Notes: a model not told the origin generated them from the letters alone. Shown: positions 19,171-29,205, numbered from the stretch's first letter. The stretch is 64,000 nucleotides of DNA from Nitrososphaeria archaeon (GCA_027078545.1 JALWXN010000004.1:352001-416000); one strand, 5' to 3'. Numbers and translations are program-made.

Positions 19171-19238
19171 TGGGATGATGATGTCGTTCCAGGATGACCC
19201 CTGTAGGGGGTGATTACCAACCCTGGGGTATCTGACTA
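19171..19238 (+). ncRNA. C/D box methylation-guide sRNA
   Basis: C ATGATGA (19175-19181), 12-nt guide, D' ATGA, CCCCT/AGGGG hairpin, C' GTGATTA, 15-nt guide, D CTGA (19232-19235); TTAATA ~30 nt upstream. Confidence 0.85.
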
Positions 19239-20327
19239 CAATGCGTTTCTAAGCCTCCTCAGCATCTCCCTCCTTCTCCTGGCCTCCAGCCCACTGTTCT
19301 CCACGGCCTCCCTTATGAAGTCTATGACCCTCCTATAGGTTGGGTAGTCCACGGGGTATGGGACGCCGTCCTTCCCACCCACTGTGAAGGTGTATTTCAC
19401 CGTGTCTCTCCAGCTGGGCCCCTCCCCATATACGAGGCTTGATATGAGTGCTAATGCCCTCACGGTGGCCTTGTTGAAGCCCTTATACCCTATGAGCTCC
19501 TGGTAGTTGGATGGCTTATCCATATAGATCTTCCTAACCTCTCCCCAGTCTATCTTCCGGGGTAGGACTAGCACCTCGCTTGGGACCTTTATCCTCTCCT
19601 CCACGTCTAGCCACTTGTTGAGCCCGGTGTCTGCTCTCTCGATAAGTCTTTGGAGCTCCCTCTTCAGGGCTCCGTCCCTTATTATGTCGAGCATCGTCTT
19701 CTTAGCCTCCTCCGACTCCTTGGCGGTGAGGTTTATGATGCCCTCCTCATACCTCTCAGTCATGATCGCTATGTGGGGCTCCGTCAGGCTTGGGTTAAGC
19801 CCCTCCCTATGGCTCCAGTGATATCTACGGGCATATCCTATGCTGGGGTTCATCCCCTGCTGTATCACGACCCATCTCTCACCGTCTATGTAGAGGAGTG
19901 CGTGGTGGTATATCTCGTAGCCGTCCTGGAGCATGACCGTATCGGTCTTCGCCACGGTCCTACTGATCCTTACCAGGCCTAGCCTCTCCTCCTCGGATAG
20001 GGACTTATCGCCCATCACCTGTTCCGGGACGGATCTACCCTTCCTACCCTTCCCACCAGCCAGTTTAATACCTATCTCGGCCTGGGGGAGGGCCTTCTCG
20101 AGGACACCTGTCAGGACGGTAGTCACTCCTGATGAGTGCCAGTCGAAGCCCAGGGTGGCCCCCAGTGCCTGGAAGAAGAAGGGGTTGGCCAGCCTCTCGA
20201 GGAGCTCCTCCCCACCTATCTCCTCATACATATACCTTAGGAGTGGGGTTGCGAGGCTGACCATATACCTGAACAGCTTCGGAGGCGTATGGCCCCCGTG
20301 TAGGGGTAGGTAGGCTGACCCTGGCAT
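19236..20327 (-). CDS. DUF763-family protein
   Basis: LPLHGG, GFDWHSSGVTT, LQDGY..YHH, QQGMN, ARRYHW, GGKDGVPYPVD. Confidence 0.92.
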   Translation of the reverse strand: MPGSAYLPLHGGHTPPKLFRYMVSLATPLLRYMYEEIGGEELLERLANPFFFQALGATLGFDWHSSGVTTVLTGVLEKALPQAEIGIKLAGGKGRKGRSVPEQVMGDKSLSEEERLGLVRISRTVAKTDTVMLQDGYEIYHHALLYIDGERWVVIQQGMNPSIGYARRYHWSHREGLNPSLTEPHIAIMTERYEEGIINLTAKESEEAKKTMLDIIRDGALKRELQRLIERADTGLNKWLDVEERIKVPSEVLVLPRKIDWGEVRKIYMDKPSNYQELIGYKGFNKATVRALALISSLVYGEGPSWRDTVKYTFTVGGKDGVPYPVDYPTYRRVIDFIREAVENSGLEARRRREMLRRLRNAL

Positions 20328-20397
20328 CCCCAATATATTCACTAACCCCACGCCCCCCTTTTAAGACGAGCCATACCCGGCTTTACGGGTGATACCC

Positions 20398-20802
20398 ATG
20401 GCGTCGAGGCGTGGAATATCCCACTTCCTAGAGGTCGTGATACTCGTGGGCCTCGTGGGTACCCTTGGTATGCTGATCTACAGCGGTGCTCTCGACCTCT
20501 TCGCTGGCTGGGGCGATGTGAAGCAGGTGACTATACAGTCTACATACCTGATCAATGATACGCTGAACATAGTCGTCTCTAACAAGGGCTCGACCACGGT
20601 GGAGATAGACAGTGTTGGTGTATACTTCATAAACGGGACACTACTTGGACAGGCGAGTGGGCCTGGTAAGATAGGCCCTGGGAAGGTCGGTAAGTTCACG
20701 CTCACGGTGCCTCTAGGAGCGTTGCAGGAGGGTGATCTGGTCGACATAGTGATCTCTACTGGCGACGGCTCAGCGTTTAAGTTCAGGGTAGCGGTGCAGT
20801 GA
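20398..20802 (+). CDS. Archaeal type IV pilin
   Basis: Class III signal RRG|ISHFLEVVIL plus hydrophobic helix. Confidence 0.82.
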   Translation: MASRRGISHFLEVVILVGLVGTLGMLIYSGALDLFAGWGDVKQVTIQSTYLINDTLNIVVSNKGSTTVEIDSVGVYFINGTLLGQASGPGKIGPGKVGKFTLTVPLGALQEGDLVDIVISTGDGSAFKFRVAVQ

Positions 20803-20808
20803 TGTGCC

Positions 20809-21219
20809 ATGGCCTCCAACATGCTGGGTGAATCCATCCTCCTCTTTATATCCGTCTCGCTCCTGGGTATGGGGGTGGTCAGCATATACCAGCCTAGCCT
20901 AAACATACTGGGCCTTGGGGCTGAGGAGGAGGTTAGGGACGGCTATTCATATGGATACCATGTCTCGATACTCTTCCTCCGTGACGGCTATCTATACCTC
21001 CTCAACGATGGACGTGGGATAGGTGAGGTATCCATGATATATGTGGATGGCTCTCCACTAGAGCCTCCCTACGAGGTCTATGTAGGGGGTCAGTGGATAC
21101 TCTCCAGCTCACTGCCTAAGGGGGGTATACTGAGGATACCTGTTACCCAGGCCCCAGGTGAGGTTGTCCTACTTGGTGATGGATACGTGATACGTGCCCG
21201 GGGTGATGTGTATGGCTAG
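20809..21219 (+). CDS. Minor pilin-like / FlaG-FlaF-like accessory protein
   Basis: N-terminal hydrophobic helix, LLNDG..IYVDG beta-rich domain, position in pilus operon. Confidence 0.65.
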   Translation: MASNMLGESILLFISVSLLGMGVVSIYQPSLNILGLGAEEEVRDGYSYGYHVSILFLRDGYLYLLNDGRGIGEVSMIYVDGSPLEPPYEVYVGGQWILSSSLPKGGILRIPVTQAPGEVVLLGDGYVIRARGDVYG

Positions 21220-23233
21220 GAGGGGCTTCTCAAACGTCTTGGTGGCTGGTGTGATACTCCTCTTGGCGGCCACTATATTCACGGCCTACATGGTCTATCT
21301 GGACAGTGGGGCATATAGGGTGTCGGAGCTGGGCCGCTCAGTGGAGAGGAGTGTCTATAGGGCTGGGGAGGAGTTGACCGCCTACCTAGATGGTGGGACC
21401 ATTGTTCTGCGCAACAGTGGTGAGACCCCACTCAGGGTTGAGTACCTCGTCGTCCTCAGGAATGGGGAGGTGTCCTTCGAGGAGGTGGGTATTGGGCTGC
21501 CACCGGGTGGTGAGGACTATATACAGGCGCCCATTAGTGGATACCCCCTCTACCTCATAACTGAGAGGGGTAGGGTCTTCCCACTGGGTGGCCAGGACAC
21601 GTCTGGTGGTGGAGGCTCAGGCGGCTTCAACAGCTTCTACACCTCGTGGATAAACGAGACGACCGTGATCATCCATGGGGATCAAGACCCATTCAACCAG
21701 TCTGCATATGATAGGGTTGAGAGGCTTGAGCGTGGCATAGCCCTATTCAGGGGTGACGCGGGCTATGCCGTGATAGACCTGATTGAGAATAGGACTCTCT
21801 ATGAAGGGGTTAGGATGGTCATACCCACTAGGGACGGATTGACACTGGCCACTAGTAGGGGTGTTTTCATCGAGGGTGTATACACCCTGTCTAGTAGGCC
21901 TCCCCTCTATGTTGGCTACGACTACATGGTTCTAGGGGGTGTGAACACGGTCATAGCTGGTGCCAAGATAGGTGTGTTGACCCTCCCATCACCGGGTAGG
22001 CTGATCTTCAATGGGAACAGGACTTACTACATGTGGCTCGAGGGTGAGGTGAATGGGCTTTGGCGCCACGGACTACTCTCTATAGACCCTATGAACATCA
22101 GTCTACGGGAAACATACTATGTAGACCTGCCCATGAAGATACTCTTTGGGGAGGAGTGGTTTAGGCTACACAATTTTAACGGCTACTGGATAGTCGACGA
22201 CGGGTTTAGGCCGGTTAGGATAGTCATCACCGCTAGGGATCCCTCCATAAATGGATGGATGAGTATGGTCGTAACCCTGAGGGAATACCTGCCGGGTGTG
22301 TATATAGCCGATGGGATACGCTACACCGATGACGGGTATGTAGAGGGGATCCAGTATGACCAGGCGTCATCGACGGTGGGTGGTAGTGGCTTCCCCCTAT
22401 TCTTCGCTACAGGCCTACATCAGGGCCAGGATAGGATGGTGTATAACCTGGATGGTGAGGGGAGGATAGGCCTACTCCTACGGTACACCATTGGGGGCTC
22501 GGGACAGGCAACACCTGGTGAGAGCAGCATAGTCCTCCGCCTAGAGTCTCAGCAGGGATATGTAGAGCTACTTTTCAACGCCTCCTGGGACGGTGGCCTC
22601 GAGTGGAGTATAGCCCTGGATACAGGTGGTGGTCTGACCGAGATAAGGAGTGGGGGCGTCGCATCAGGTGGATGGATACTCCTATCCATGTTCCCAGACA
22701 CCTCCCTAGGCATATACACTGCTAATGACCTCGTCGGGCTGTACAGTGTATCACTATCCCCGCCATATCGACTGGTGGTTATGAACAGCTCGGCTGCCAG
22801 CTTCTCGCCATATATTACGGTGGAGGTCTTCATGCTGATGGTTGATCCCGAGTCATGGGTGGTCCATGAAAACTACTATGGATATGCAGTCTCTAACATT
22901 CAGAATAAGCCCACGATCCTACTCCCATACTTCTACGGCGCAGTTGGTATACGCTTCACTGGGGATGTATACTTCTCCAGCTATGGGCCGGTAGCGGTCT
23001 ACAACTACTGGGAGCTCCCCAACGTCTATATGCTTGAACCACCTATACATAGGGTAACCTCCCTCAGGGATGACGATACGGTTGGTGTCTACATCCTAGA
23101 GTCTCCCTATCGTAGGCTCGATGTCTATACTGGGCTGTACATGGACTGGGACGTGATTCCCTACACAGAGTTCTACCTAGTCGTCTCGATACATCCCAAG
23201 GCACTACTCGTTAGGAAGATTCCCTATGCATAG
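21212..23233 (+). CDS. Large pilin-like putative adhesin
   Basis: RRG|FSNVLV class III signal, pilin domain (LRNSGETPL..YLITERGRVF), Gly linker, ~530-aa Tyr/Gly-rich beta region. Confidence 0.72.
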   Translation: MARRGFSNVLVAGVILLLAATIFTAYMVYLDSGAYRVSELGRSVERSVYRAGEELTAYLDGGTIVLRNSGETPLRVEYLVVLRNGEVSFEEVGIGLPPGGEDYIQAPISGYPLYLITERGRVFPLGGQDTSGGGGSGGFNSFYTSWINETTVIIHGDQDPFNQSAYDRVERLERGIALFRGDAGYAVIDLIENRTLYEGVRMVIPTRDGLTLATSRGVFIEGVYTLSSRPPLYVGYDYMVLGGVNTVIAGAKIGVLTLPSPGRLIFNGNRTYYMWLEGEVNGLWRHGLLSIDPMNISLRETYYVDLPMKILFGEEWFRLHNFNGYWIVDDGFRPVRIVITARDPSINGWMSMVVTLREYLPGVYIADGIRYTDDGYVEGIQYDQASSTVGGSGFPLFFATGLHQGQDRMVYNLDGEGRIGLLLRYTIGGSGQATPGESSIVLRLESQQGYVELLFNASWDGGLEWSIALDTGGGLTEIRSGGVASGGWILLSMFPDTSLGIYTANDLVGLYSVSLSPPYRLVVMNSSAASFSPYITVEVFMLMVDPESWVVHENYYGYAVSNIQNKPTILLPYFYGAVGIRFTGDVYFSSYGPVAVYNYWELPNVYMLEPPIHRVTSLRDDDTVGVYILESPYRRLDVYTGLYMDWDVIPYTEFYLVVSIHPKALLVRKIPYA

Positions 23234-23236
23234 GGG

Positions 23237-24592
23237 GTGGTGGAAGTGATTCTGGATAGGTATAAGGTCGTCGCGAGCTATAGGGTGCCTTCTGGTAGGG
23301 AGTATAGGACGTACTTCATGGTGGAGATACATAGGGAGGGTGATAAGGGGTACTACCTAGTCACCGAGCCCTATGAGGACCGCCTCTTAGCGGAGGCTAT
23401 GGATATACTCTCTGAGCTGGAGAACATGATCGGCTATGACGAGTCCTTCTTCGAGGATCCCATGGAGTACTTGATGGGGCTGTATAACGAGAGCTATGTG
23501 GAGGAGGGTGAGGATGGTGTATATGCCCTATCTCTTAGAGGGGTTGTGGAGCACGTCATCATCAAGGAGGTTCTTGGCTACTCCTACCTGACACCCCTAC
23601 TTGCTGATGAGGATGTGGAGGATGTCGTCCTCTCGGCTCCAGACACACCTATCCAGGTCTGGCATAGGCGGTACCCAGAGCTTGGGTGGATAGAGACGAG
23701 TATAACGCCTGGTGAGGAGGAGGTTAACAGGATGGTTAGGCGCCTGGCATTCAGGGCTGGTAAGACGATCAGTATCCTCCAGCCCGTCATGGAGGGTATC
23801 CTCCCGGAGAGGTATAGGGTGACCGCCACTTGGATGGGTGAGGTCTCCCCTAGGGGGAGTAGCTTCACCATTAGGAAGTTCCGCTGGAGCCCGCTTAGAC
23901 TGTCCGATCTAGTGGCGAGTGGCTTCTTACCGGGCTACCTGGCATCCTTCCTCCTCCAGATGATGCTTGATAAGGCCTTCATAATGATTATAGGCCCCTC
24001 TGGGAGTGGGAAGACCACACTCCTCAACGCTCTCCTCCTAGAGATACCTGGTAATAGGAGGATAGTGACGGTTGAGGAGACTCCTGAGATAAACCTTATG
24101 GATAGGCCTGGGTGGAAGCCACTATCGACGAGGTGGGACGCGGATCCCGAGGCTGAGATGGAGCGTCTGCTGAGGACTGTTCTTAGGGAGAGGGCTGACT
24201 ATATAGCCGTTGGTGAGAGCCGTGGGAGGGAAGTGAGGCTAGTCTTCCAGGCGGCTGCCACTGGCCATGGATGCCTGACCACCTTCCACGCCTCCACCCT
24301 TAGGGAGCTACAGTCCCGCCTAGTATCGAGCCCGATAAAGCTTGACAGGGACGTTGTTGGCCTCCTCGACGTAGTGGTCGTCCTGGAGATTGATGGGGAG
24401 AGTAGGAGGTATGTGAAGGAGGTCTATCTCAGGAGGGGTGAGAGGTGGCTCCTCCTCTACAGTAGGGGCATGCCTAGGAAGAGGTTCTACGAGGCTATAG
24501 CTGAGATGTATCCCAAGGAGCTGGTCTCTAGGGTTGAGACTGGTGAGGAGCTGGTGGTGGGTGTGGATGGCTCTCAGGGAGACGGTAGGTAG
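23237..24592 (+). CDS. Type IV pilus / type II secretion assembly ATPase (FlaI/TadA-like)
   Basis: SFTIRKF, GPSGSGKTT, VEETPE, GESRG, TGHG..TFHA. Confidence 0.93.
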   Translation: MVEVILDRYKVVASYRVPSGREYRTYFMVEIHREGDKGYYLVTEPYEDRLLAEAMDILSELENMIGYDESFFEDPMEYLMGLYNESYVEEGEDGVYALSLRGVVEHVIIKEVLGYSYLTPLLADEDVEDVVLSAPDTPIQVWHRRYPELGWIETSITPGEEEVNRMVRRLAFRAGKTISILQPVMEGILPERYRVTATWMGEVSPRGSSFTIRKFRWSPLRLSDLVASGFLPGYLASFLLQMMLDKAFIMIIGPSGSGKTTLLNALLLEIPGNRRIVTVEETPEINLMDRPGWKPLSTRWDADPEAEMERLLRTVLRERADYIAVGESRGREVRLVFQAAATGHGCLTTFHASTLRELQSRLVSSPIKLDRDVVGLLDVVVVLEIDGESRRYVKEVYLRRGERWLLLYSRGMPRKRFYEAIAEMYPKELVSRVETGEELVVGVDGSQGDGR

Positions 24593-26156
24593 GCTATCGA
24601 GGATATTCAGCATTAGCAGGGATGAGAGGCTCTCCCGATACCTAGCCATGGGGGTGGCCAGCAGGAGGGAGATGTACATCCTAGGAATAGTTGTGACACT
24701 CTCATCGATAGCCTCCCTCTTCATAGTGCTGAGGACGCTTGGTGTGGAGCCCCTATACTCTGGGTTGGCCTCGCTCTCCCTGTCGATCCTCCTTCTCCCC
24801 CTCATACCCAGGATGTATAGGTCGGTGGTCAGCGACGTCTATGGTAGGTGGCTGGCTAGGGAGGAGCCGATAACACTCCTGGTATTCACGATATATTCTA
24901 GGAGGCTCTCCCTCGAGAGGATCCTGCAGATGTTTACCGAGGGCTATATAGGTAGGGTGATACCTAGGACCGCTAGGTTCTTCAGATACGTCCTAGCCCG
25001 TAGCTTCGTCTCCCGTGAGACTGTTGACAACGTGTTATCCAGGTCTCTAGACCTGGTTCCCCATGATGGTCTCCGCCGATACATCTTCAACTTTGTCAGG
25101 CTTCGTAGCGTTGGTGGTGATGTGTATAGCTATTCTAGCCAGGCATTGCTAGACCTTTACCAGGAGCTTAGGAGGAGGTGGATAGGTACCTGGTCATCGA
25201 TGGCTGCATACCTCGAGGGTATAATACTGATCTATGGCCTCTTCCCAACGATCCTCTCCAGCCTAGTCTTTGTACTGGGCTATAGGAATACGATTACGGT
25301 CTTCACGGTCATGATGATCTTCTACCCGATATTCACCTTCCTTGTCTACCTACTCTTCGACAGGTATAATGTCCACGACCCGATAGAGACTAGGCATGGC
25401 TTCTCAAGGATCTCCATAGTGATGCTCGCCGGATCCCCAGCAGCTATATATCTGCTCTACAGGTATACTGGTGACATATTCCTCTCCGCCTCACTCGTAC
25501 TGGGCCTATCACTCCTCCCAAGCTTCATCATACAGGCCAGGACGCTCTATAGGGAGGTTGAGGAGGAAGCGGGTCTACTAGCCCTCTCAACCCAGATGGC
25601 CGACCTCATGGAGGGTGGGATGGGTGTTGTAGAGGCTATCAAGAGGATAGACCTGGGAGGTATACCTGAGAGGCTGGCGAGGGAGGTTAGGCGTATGAGG
25701 CATCTGCTTGACAAGGGGCTTGAGCCTAGGGATTATATGGAGGGTGGGAAGGCCTACAGGCTCTTCAGGATAGCCCTCTCAGAGTCGATGGCCTCTGGCG
25801 GTGGGGCCATCGAGCTAGCAACTCTGAGGGAGCTTCTCAAGAGCTTCCTCGACGTGAGCCGTCTGAAGAGGGCTGCCTTCTACATAGCGTTGGCCTCCTC
25901 GATAGCAGTGCTCCTCCTAGGTGGATACTCCCTAAGCATAGTGTTCTCGATCATCACATCTGTGGAGGGGGATCTAGCCCATATCTTCATACCAGGCTCA
26001 GTAGAGACTCTATACACCTATGCAAAGGCATTCCTCCTCATGGGTAGTATCTACATGGGCCTCCTACTAGGGAAGCTGATATTCGGGAGCTTCCGCAACG
26101 TACTGGCACTGACACCACTCCTACTAACATCGGCCGCAGTCTACCTACTAATCTAG
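24567..26156 (+). CDS. Pilus membrane platform protein (TadC/FlaJ-like)
   Basis: Polytopic protein with two cytoplasmic T2SSF-like regions, overlapping the ATPase gene. Confidence 0.78.
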   Translation: MALRETVGRLSRIFSISRDERLSRYLAMGVASRREMYILGIVVTLSSIASLFIVLRTLGVEPLYSGLASLSLSILLLPLIPRMYRSVVSDVYGRWLAREEPITLLVFTIYSRRLSLERILQMFTEGYIGRVIPRTARFFRYVLARSFVSRETVDNVLSRSLDLVPHDGLRRYIFNFVRLRSVGGDVYSYSSQALLDLYQELRRRWIGTWSSMAAYLEGIILIYGLFPTILSSLVFVLGYRNTITVFTVMMIFYPIFTFLVYLLFDRYNVHDPIETRHGFSRISIVMLAGSPAAIYLLYRYTGDIFLSASLVLGLSLLPSFIIQARTLYREVEEEAGLLALSTQMADLMEGGMGVVEAIKRIDLGGIPERLAREVRRMRHLLDKGLEPRDYMEGGKAYRLFRIALSESMASGGGAIELATLRELLKSFLDVSRLKRAAFYIALASSIAVLLLGGYSLSIVFSIITSVEGDLAHIFIPGSVETLYTYAKAFLLMGSIYMGLLLGKLIFGSFRNVLALTPLLLTSAAVYLLI

Positions 26157-26218
26157 CACACAACACCCTTTTTACCAACCCTAGATATCAAGATACTTAT
26201 CGGTGGGAGACCAGCTAT

Positions 26219-26297
26219 GGGCCCGTAGCCTAGCCAGGACTAGGGCGCCGGCCTGCGGAGCCGGAGACCCCGGGTTCAAATCCCGGCGGGCCCACCA
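26219..26297 (+). tRNA. tRNA-Arg(GCG), CCA encoded
   Basis: GGGCCCG..CCGGC CT GCG GA GCCGG..TTCAAAT..CGGGCCC ACCA. Confidence 0.96.
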
Positions 26298-26424
26298 GAA
26301 ATCCAATGGAATATCCTTTGGTAGAACTTGGCAGGTTGGAAGGTAGTTAATATTTCCCGTTACACCAATCAAACCTGATTTTAAAGTGCGGAGGAATGTA
26401 AATTTCTTGGGGGTGCTATGTTGT

Positions 26425-26604
26425 ATGGCCCTTGACGAGGAGGATGTAAGAAGGATAGTAAGAGAGGAGATCAAGAAATTTATGATGGAGGCTCTTGAAC
26501 TCCTCCCATATGTTGACGAAGAAGAGCAGAGGGAGATAGAGAAGATTGCTGGAAAACCATCTGATTATGAAGACGGGGACTTTGTGGAATGGGATGGAGA
26601 ATAA
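26425..26604 (+). CDS. Putative antitoxin
   Basis: Small acidic protein overlapping the downstream RelE gene. Confidence 0.7.
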   Translation: MALDEEDVRRIVREEIKKFMMEALELLPYVDEEEQREIEKIAGKPSDYEDGDFVEWDGE

Positions 26605-26876
26605 CTTTTCATCCAAGGGTTGATAAATTTCTTAAGACATTAAAATATGATTATAAAAGGTATGTCCAGGTTAAGCAAGGGTTAAACCTCCTATTGAAAG
26701 CTCTTGAGAGTGGAGTACTCCCTTATTCAGGACTCGATGTTAAAAAACTTAGAGGTGAGTGGGAAGGCTTCTTCCGTTTACGGATTGGTGATATGAGGAT
26801 TCTATTTACTCTCGACTTCCGGAACGAGATAGTTTATGTATATAACATCCACTTCAGAAGTAAGATTTACAAATGA
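26589..26876 (+). CDS. RelE/ParE-family toxin
   Basis: DVKKLRGEWEGFFRLRIGDMRILF..IHFRSKIYK. Confidence 0.9.
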   Translation: MGWRITFHPRVDKFLKTLKYDYKRYVQVKQGLNLLLKALESGVLPYSGLDVKKLRGEWEGFFRLRIGDMRILFTLDFRNEIVYVYNIHFRSKIYK

Positions 26877-26938
26877 CCTAAGCTTTAGAGCCCCAAATCC
26901 GGATATATTTATTTAAGCAAAATTAACACAATAATTTC

Positions 26939-27586
26939 ATGATGTCTAAAAGGAGGTCTCCAAAGGATGATTCACTTATAGGTAATATTATCAAGCATCG
27001 TGTTAGGAGAGGGCCTATCCTGAAGATAATTAGGGATCAGATCTTTATGGCGGCTACAGAGATCTATAACCCTACTGATTTTGAATCAAAACTCATGAAT
27101 GATATTGAAAATGCTGAGAGATTCGCTATGATTGTATCACCATTTCTGAATCTCAAGAAGGTAAAGAGATTTGTTAGTGAACTTGAGTCTAGGTTATCTA
27201 AAAAATCAGACAGAGAGAGTGACAACAAAGAGAAGTTGAAATATCGTGTTAAAATAATAGTTGTGACCAAAGACCCGGATGAACTTAAATCTATCGGTAT
27301 GGGCAGAGGAAAAAAGAGGGTGGAGTATCATAAAAAGTGTATCGAGGTTCTCGAGAGTGCAGGGATAGATGTTAAAACTTTCCCTAAAGAGAGGAAGCTC
27401 CACTTTAAGGCTGCAATCATAGATGGTAGAATAATTTATGTTGGATCCATAAATTATCTCAGTATAACAACTGAGGAGGTTACTCCTGAGGATTACATGT
27501 TGAGGTTTGAGAGTGAGGCGCTGGTGGCTGAGGTCGTTGATACCGTTTTTGGATGGAATGCATATTCAGATTGGATAAAGCCCTAA
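26939..27586 (+). CDS. Phospholipase D-like (single HKD) nuclease-domain protein
   Basis: IVSPF, LHFKAAIIDGRIIYVGSIN. Confidence 0.82.
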   Translation: MMSKRRSPKDDSLIGNIIKHRVRRGPILKIIRDQIFMAATEIYNPTDFESKLMNDIENAERFAMIVSPFLNLKKVKRFVSELESRLSKKSDRESDNKEKLKYRVKIIVVTKDPDELKSIGMGRGKKRVEYHKKCIEVLESAGIDVKTFPKERKLHFKAAIIDGRIIYVGSINYLSITTEEVTPEDYMLRFESEALVAEVVDTVFGWNAYSDWIKP

Positions 27587-27600
27587 CTCCTATCATCATT

Positions 27601-29205
27601 TTATAGTTGAGTACCTGTCTGAATCTTCCTCTTTAGGATCTCTCTGACCCTCTCTATGCCTATGTCTTTGATTAGTGGGCCTAGCCTGGGGCCTCTGGGT
27701 AGTCCGAGTATTATCATGTAGAGGTTCTTGAAGAATTCCCGGTATGGTATGTTGTGTCTCCTCGCTGTCTCGAAGAGTAGTCCCTGTATCTCCTCTCCAT
27801 CCATCTCCTCCCTTAGGTTCTCCACTATGTCTCTTATGGCGTTAGCCATTTTCTCGTCGATCTCATGGGTGTCCTCGAGCATTGGTGGGCGTCCATAGTC
27901 CCTGACCCAGTTGAGTGCATATCCTATTAGCCTATCCACCTCCTCGTCATCGGTGGTGTAGCCGTATCTCTCAAGCCTCCTCTTTATGAATTCTTCCGCG
28001 TTTTCTGGTGGGGCTACTACGGCTAGGTTCAGAACTATCTCGTAGGGGACCTTGACTGGTGGTACCTCGCCGAGCTTATAGACATATTCTATGAGGCCCC
28101 TCATCCTCGTCTCCTTCAAGGGGTTCCCCAGCTTTATCCTCCCGTGGTAGACGTTCCTATAGTAGTCCAGCTCCCTCATCATCACTACTACTGTGTCGAC
28201 CTTGATCTTCCTGGTGCTGGTCATCCTCTTGAGTAGGAAGAGTATGAGGCTCTCCGGTGAGCCATACCTGTACCATACCTGTGGTGTGTAGACGTTGCCC
28301 CGGGACTTAGCTATCTTCTTCCCAGCCTCGTCTAGGAATAGCTCGTACCTAGCGTGGTGTGGGGGTGGGTATCCTAGGATCTCCTCCGCTATCCTGTCGT
28401 TCACCCTTACGGAGTCGGCTATGTCCTTGCCGTATGCCTCGAACCTTATCCCCTGCCTCCTCCATCGGGCGGCGAACTCGCTCTTCCATGAGAGCTTCCC
28501 CTCCCCCTTGGTTATGTCTGCCCATCCCTCGTAGCCGCATCCTGGGTAGAACTGGCCCCTAACCTCCCCTCCTTCGCATACGTATCGTACACGCCTCTTC
28601 ACAGGGTCGTAATCCTTCGCTACTGTTGTGTATATCCTGCCGCATCCACGGCATACCGGGTAGTAGGGTAGCCTATGGAGATACTTCTCCTGTCCCGTCT
28701 CCTCATAGATGATCTCGCCTATCCTCCTCCAGTTCCTGAGGATTGTGTCTATCTCCTCCGCCAGCTCCCCCCTCCTATACATCTCCGTCCCTGATCTATG
28801 GATAAACTCTATTCCCGCAGTCTCCAGGGCCTCTATCAGCATGCCTGACATGTGCTCCCCATAGGATCTGTGGCATCCGAAGGGGTCTGGGATCATTGAG
28901 ACTGGCTGGAGTAGGTACTCCTCCATCTCCCTTGGTATGCCCTCAGGGACTTTCCTCAGCCCGTCCATATCGTCTGAGAAGGCTATTAGGTGGCTCTCAT
29001 AGCCCATGTCCCTGAGGGCTAGGGTTACTGCGTATGCCCTCACGGCGTCCGCCATGCTCCCCACGTGGGGGAAGCCAGAGGCCCCTAGTCCACTCTCGGT
29101 GTATATCACGTCTAAGGGCCTACCTAGTCTCTTCTCCCTCTCTATTACCTCGTGGGCTATCTTGTCTATCCAGGTGCCTCTACCTATGATCTTCTCCTGG
29201 CTCAT
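27601..29205 (-). CDS. lysS: Lysine--tRNA ligase, class I
   Basis: SGFPHVGS, DDMDGLRKVP, GKLSWK, FEAYGKD, KIAKSRGN, GPRLG. Confidence 0.96.
   Translation of the reverse strand: MSQEKIIGRGTWIDKIAHEVIEREKRLGRPLDVIYTESGLGASGFPHVGSMADAVRAYAVTLALRDMGYESHLIAFSDDMDGLRKVPEGIPREMEEYLLQPVSMIPDPFGCHRSYGEHMSGMLIEALETAGIEFIHRSGTEMYRRGELAEEIDTILRNWRRIGEIIYEETGQEKYLHRLPYYPVCRGCGRIYTTVAKDYDPVKRRVRYVCEGGEVRGQFYPGCGYEGWADITKGEGKLSWKSEFAARWRRQGIRFEAYGKDIADSVRVNDRIAEEILGYPPPHHARYELFLDEAGKKIAKSRGNVYTPQVWYRYGSPESLILFLLKRMTSTRKIKVDTVVVMMRELDYYRNVYHGRIKLGNPLKETRMRGLIEYVYKLGEVPPVKVPYEIVLNLAVVAPPENAEEFIKRRLERYGYTTDDEEVDRLIGYALNWVRDYGRPPMLEDTHEIDEKMANAIRDIVENLREEMDGEEIQGLLFETARRHNIPYREFFKNLYMIILGLPRGPRLGPLIKDIGIERVREILKRKIQTGTQL

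Larger units (their letters stand above)
26298..27600. mobile_element. AT-rich acquired islet at the tRNA-Arg(GCG) 3' end
   Basis: Composition shift directly after the tRNA CCA; TA and PLD cargo; no integrase seen. Confidence 0.6.

Noticed and set aside
20398-26156. Archaellum operon
   Set aside because: No FlaH ATPase or recognisable archaellin; fits a generic type IV pilus
13680-27600. Intact provirus or integrative element between the tRNA-Arg genes
   Set aside because: No integrase or direct att repeat; the enclosed genes include housekeeping argS and the tRNAs are inverted full-length genes
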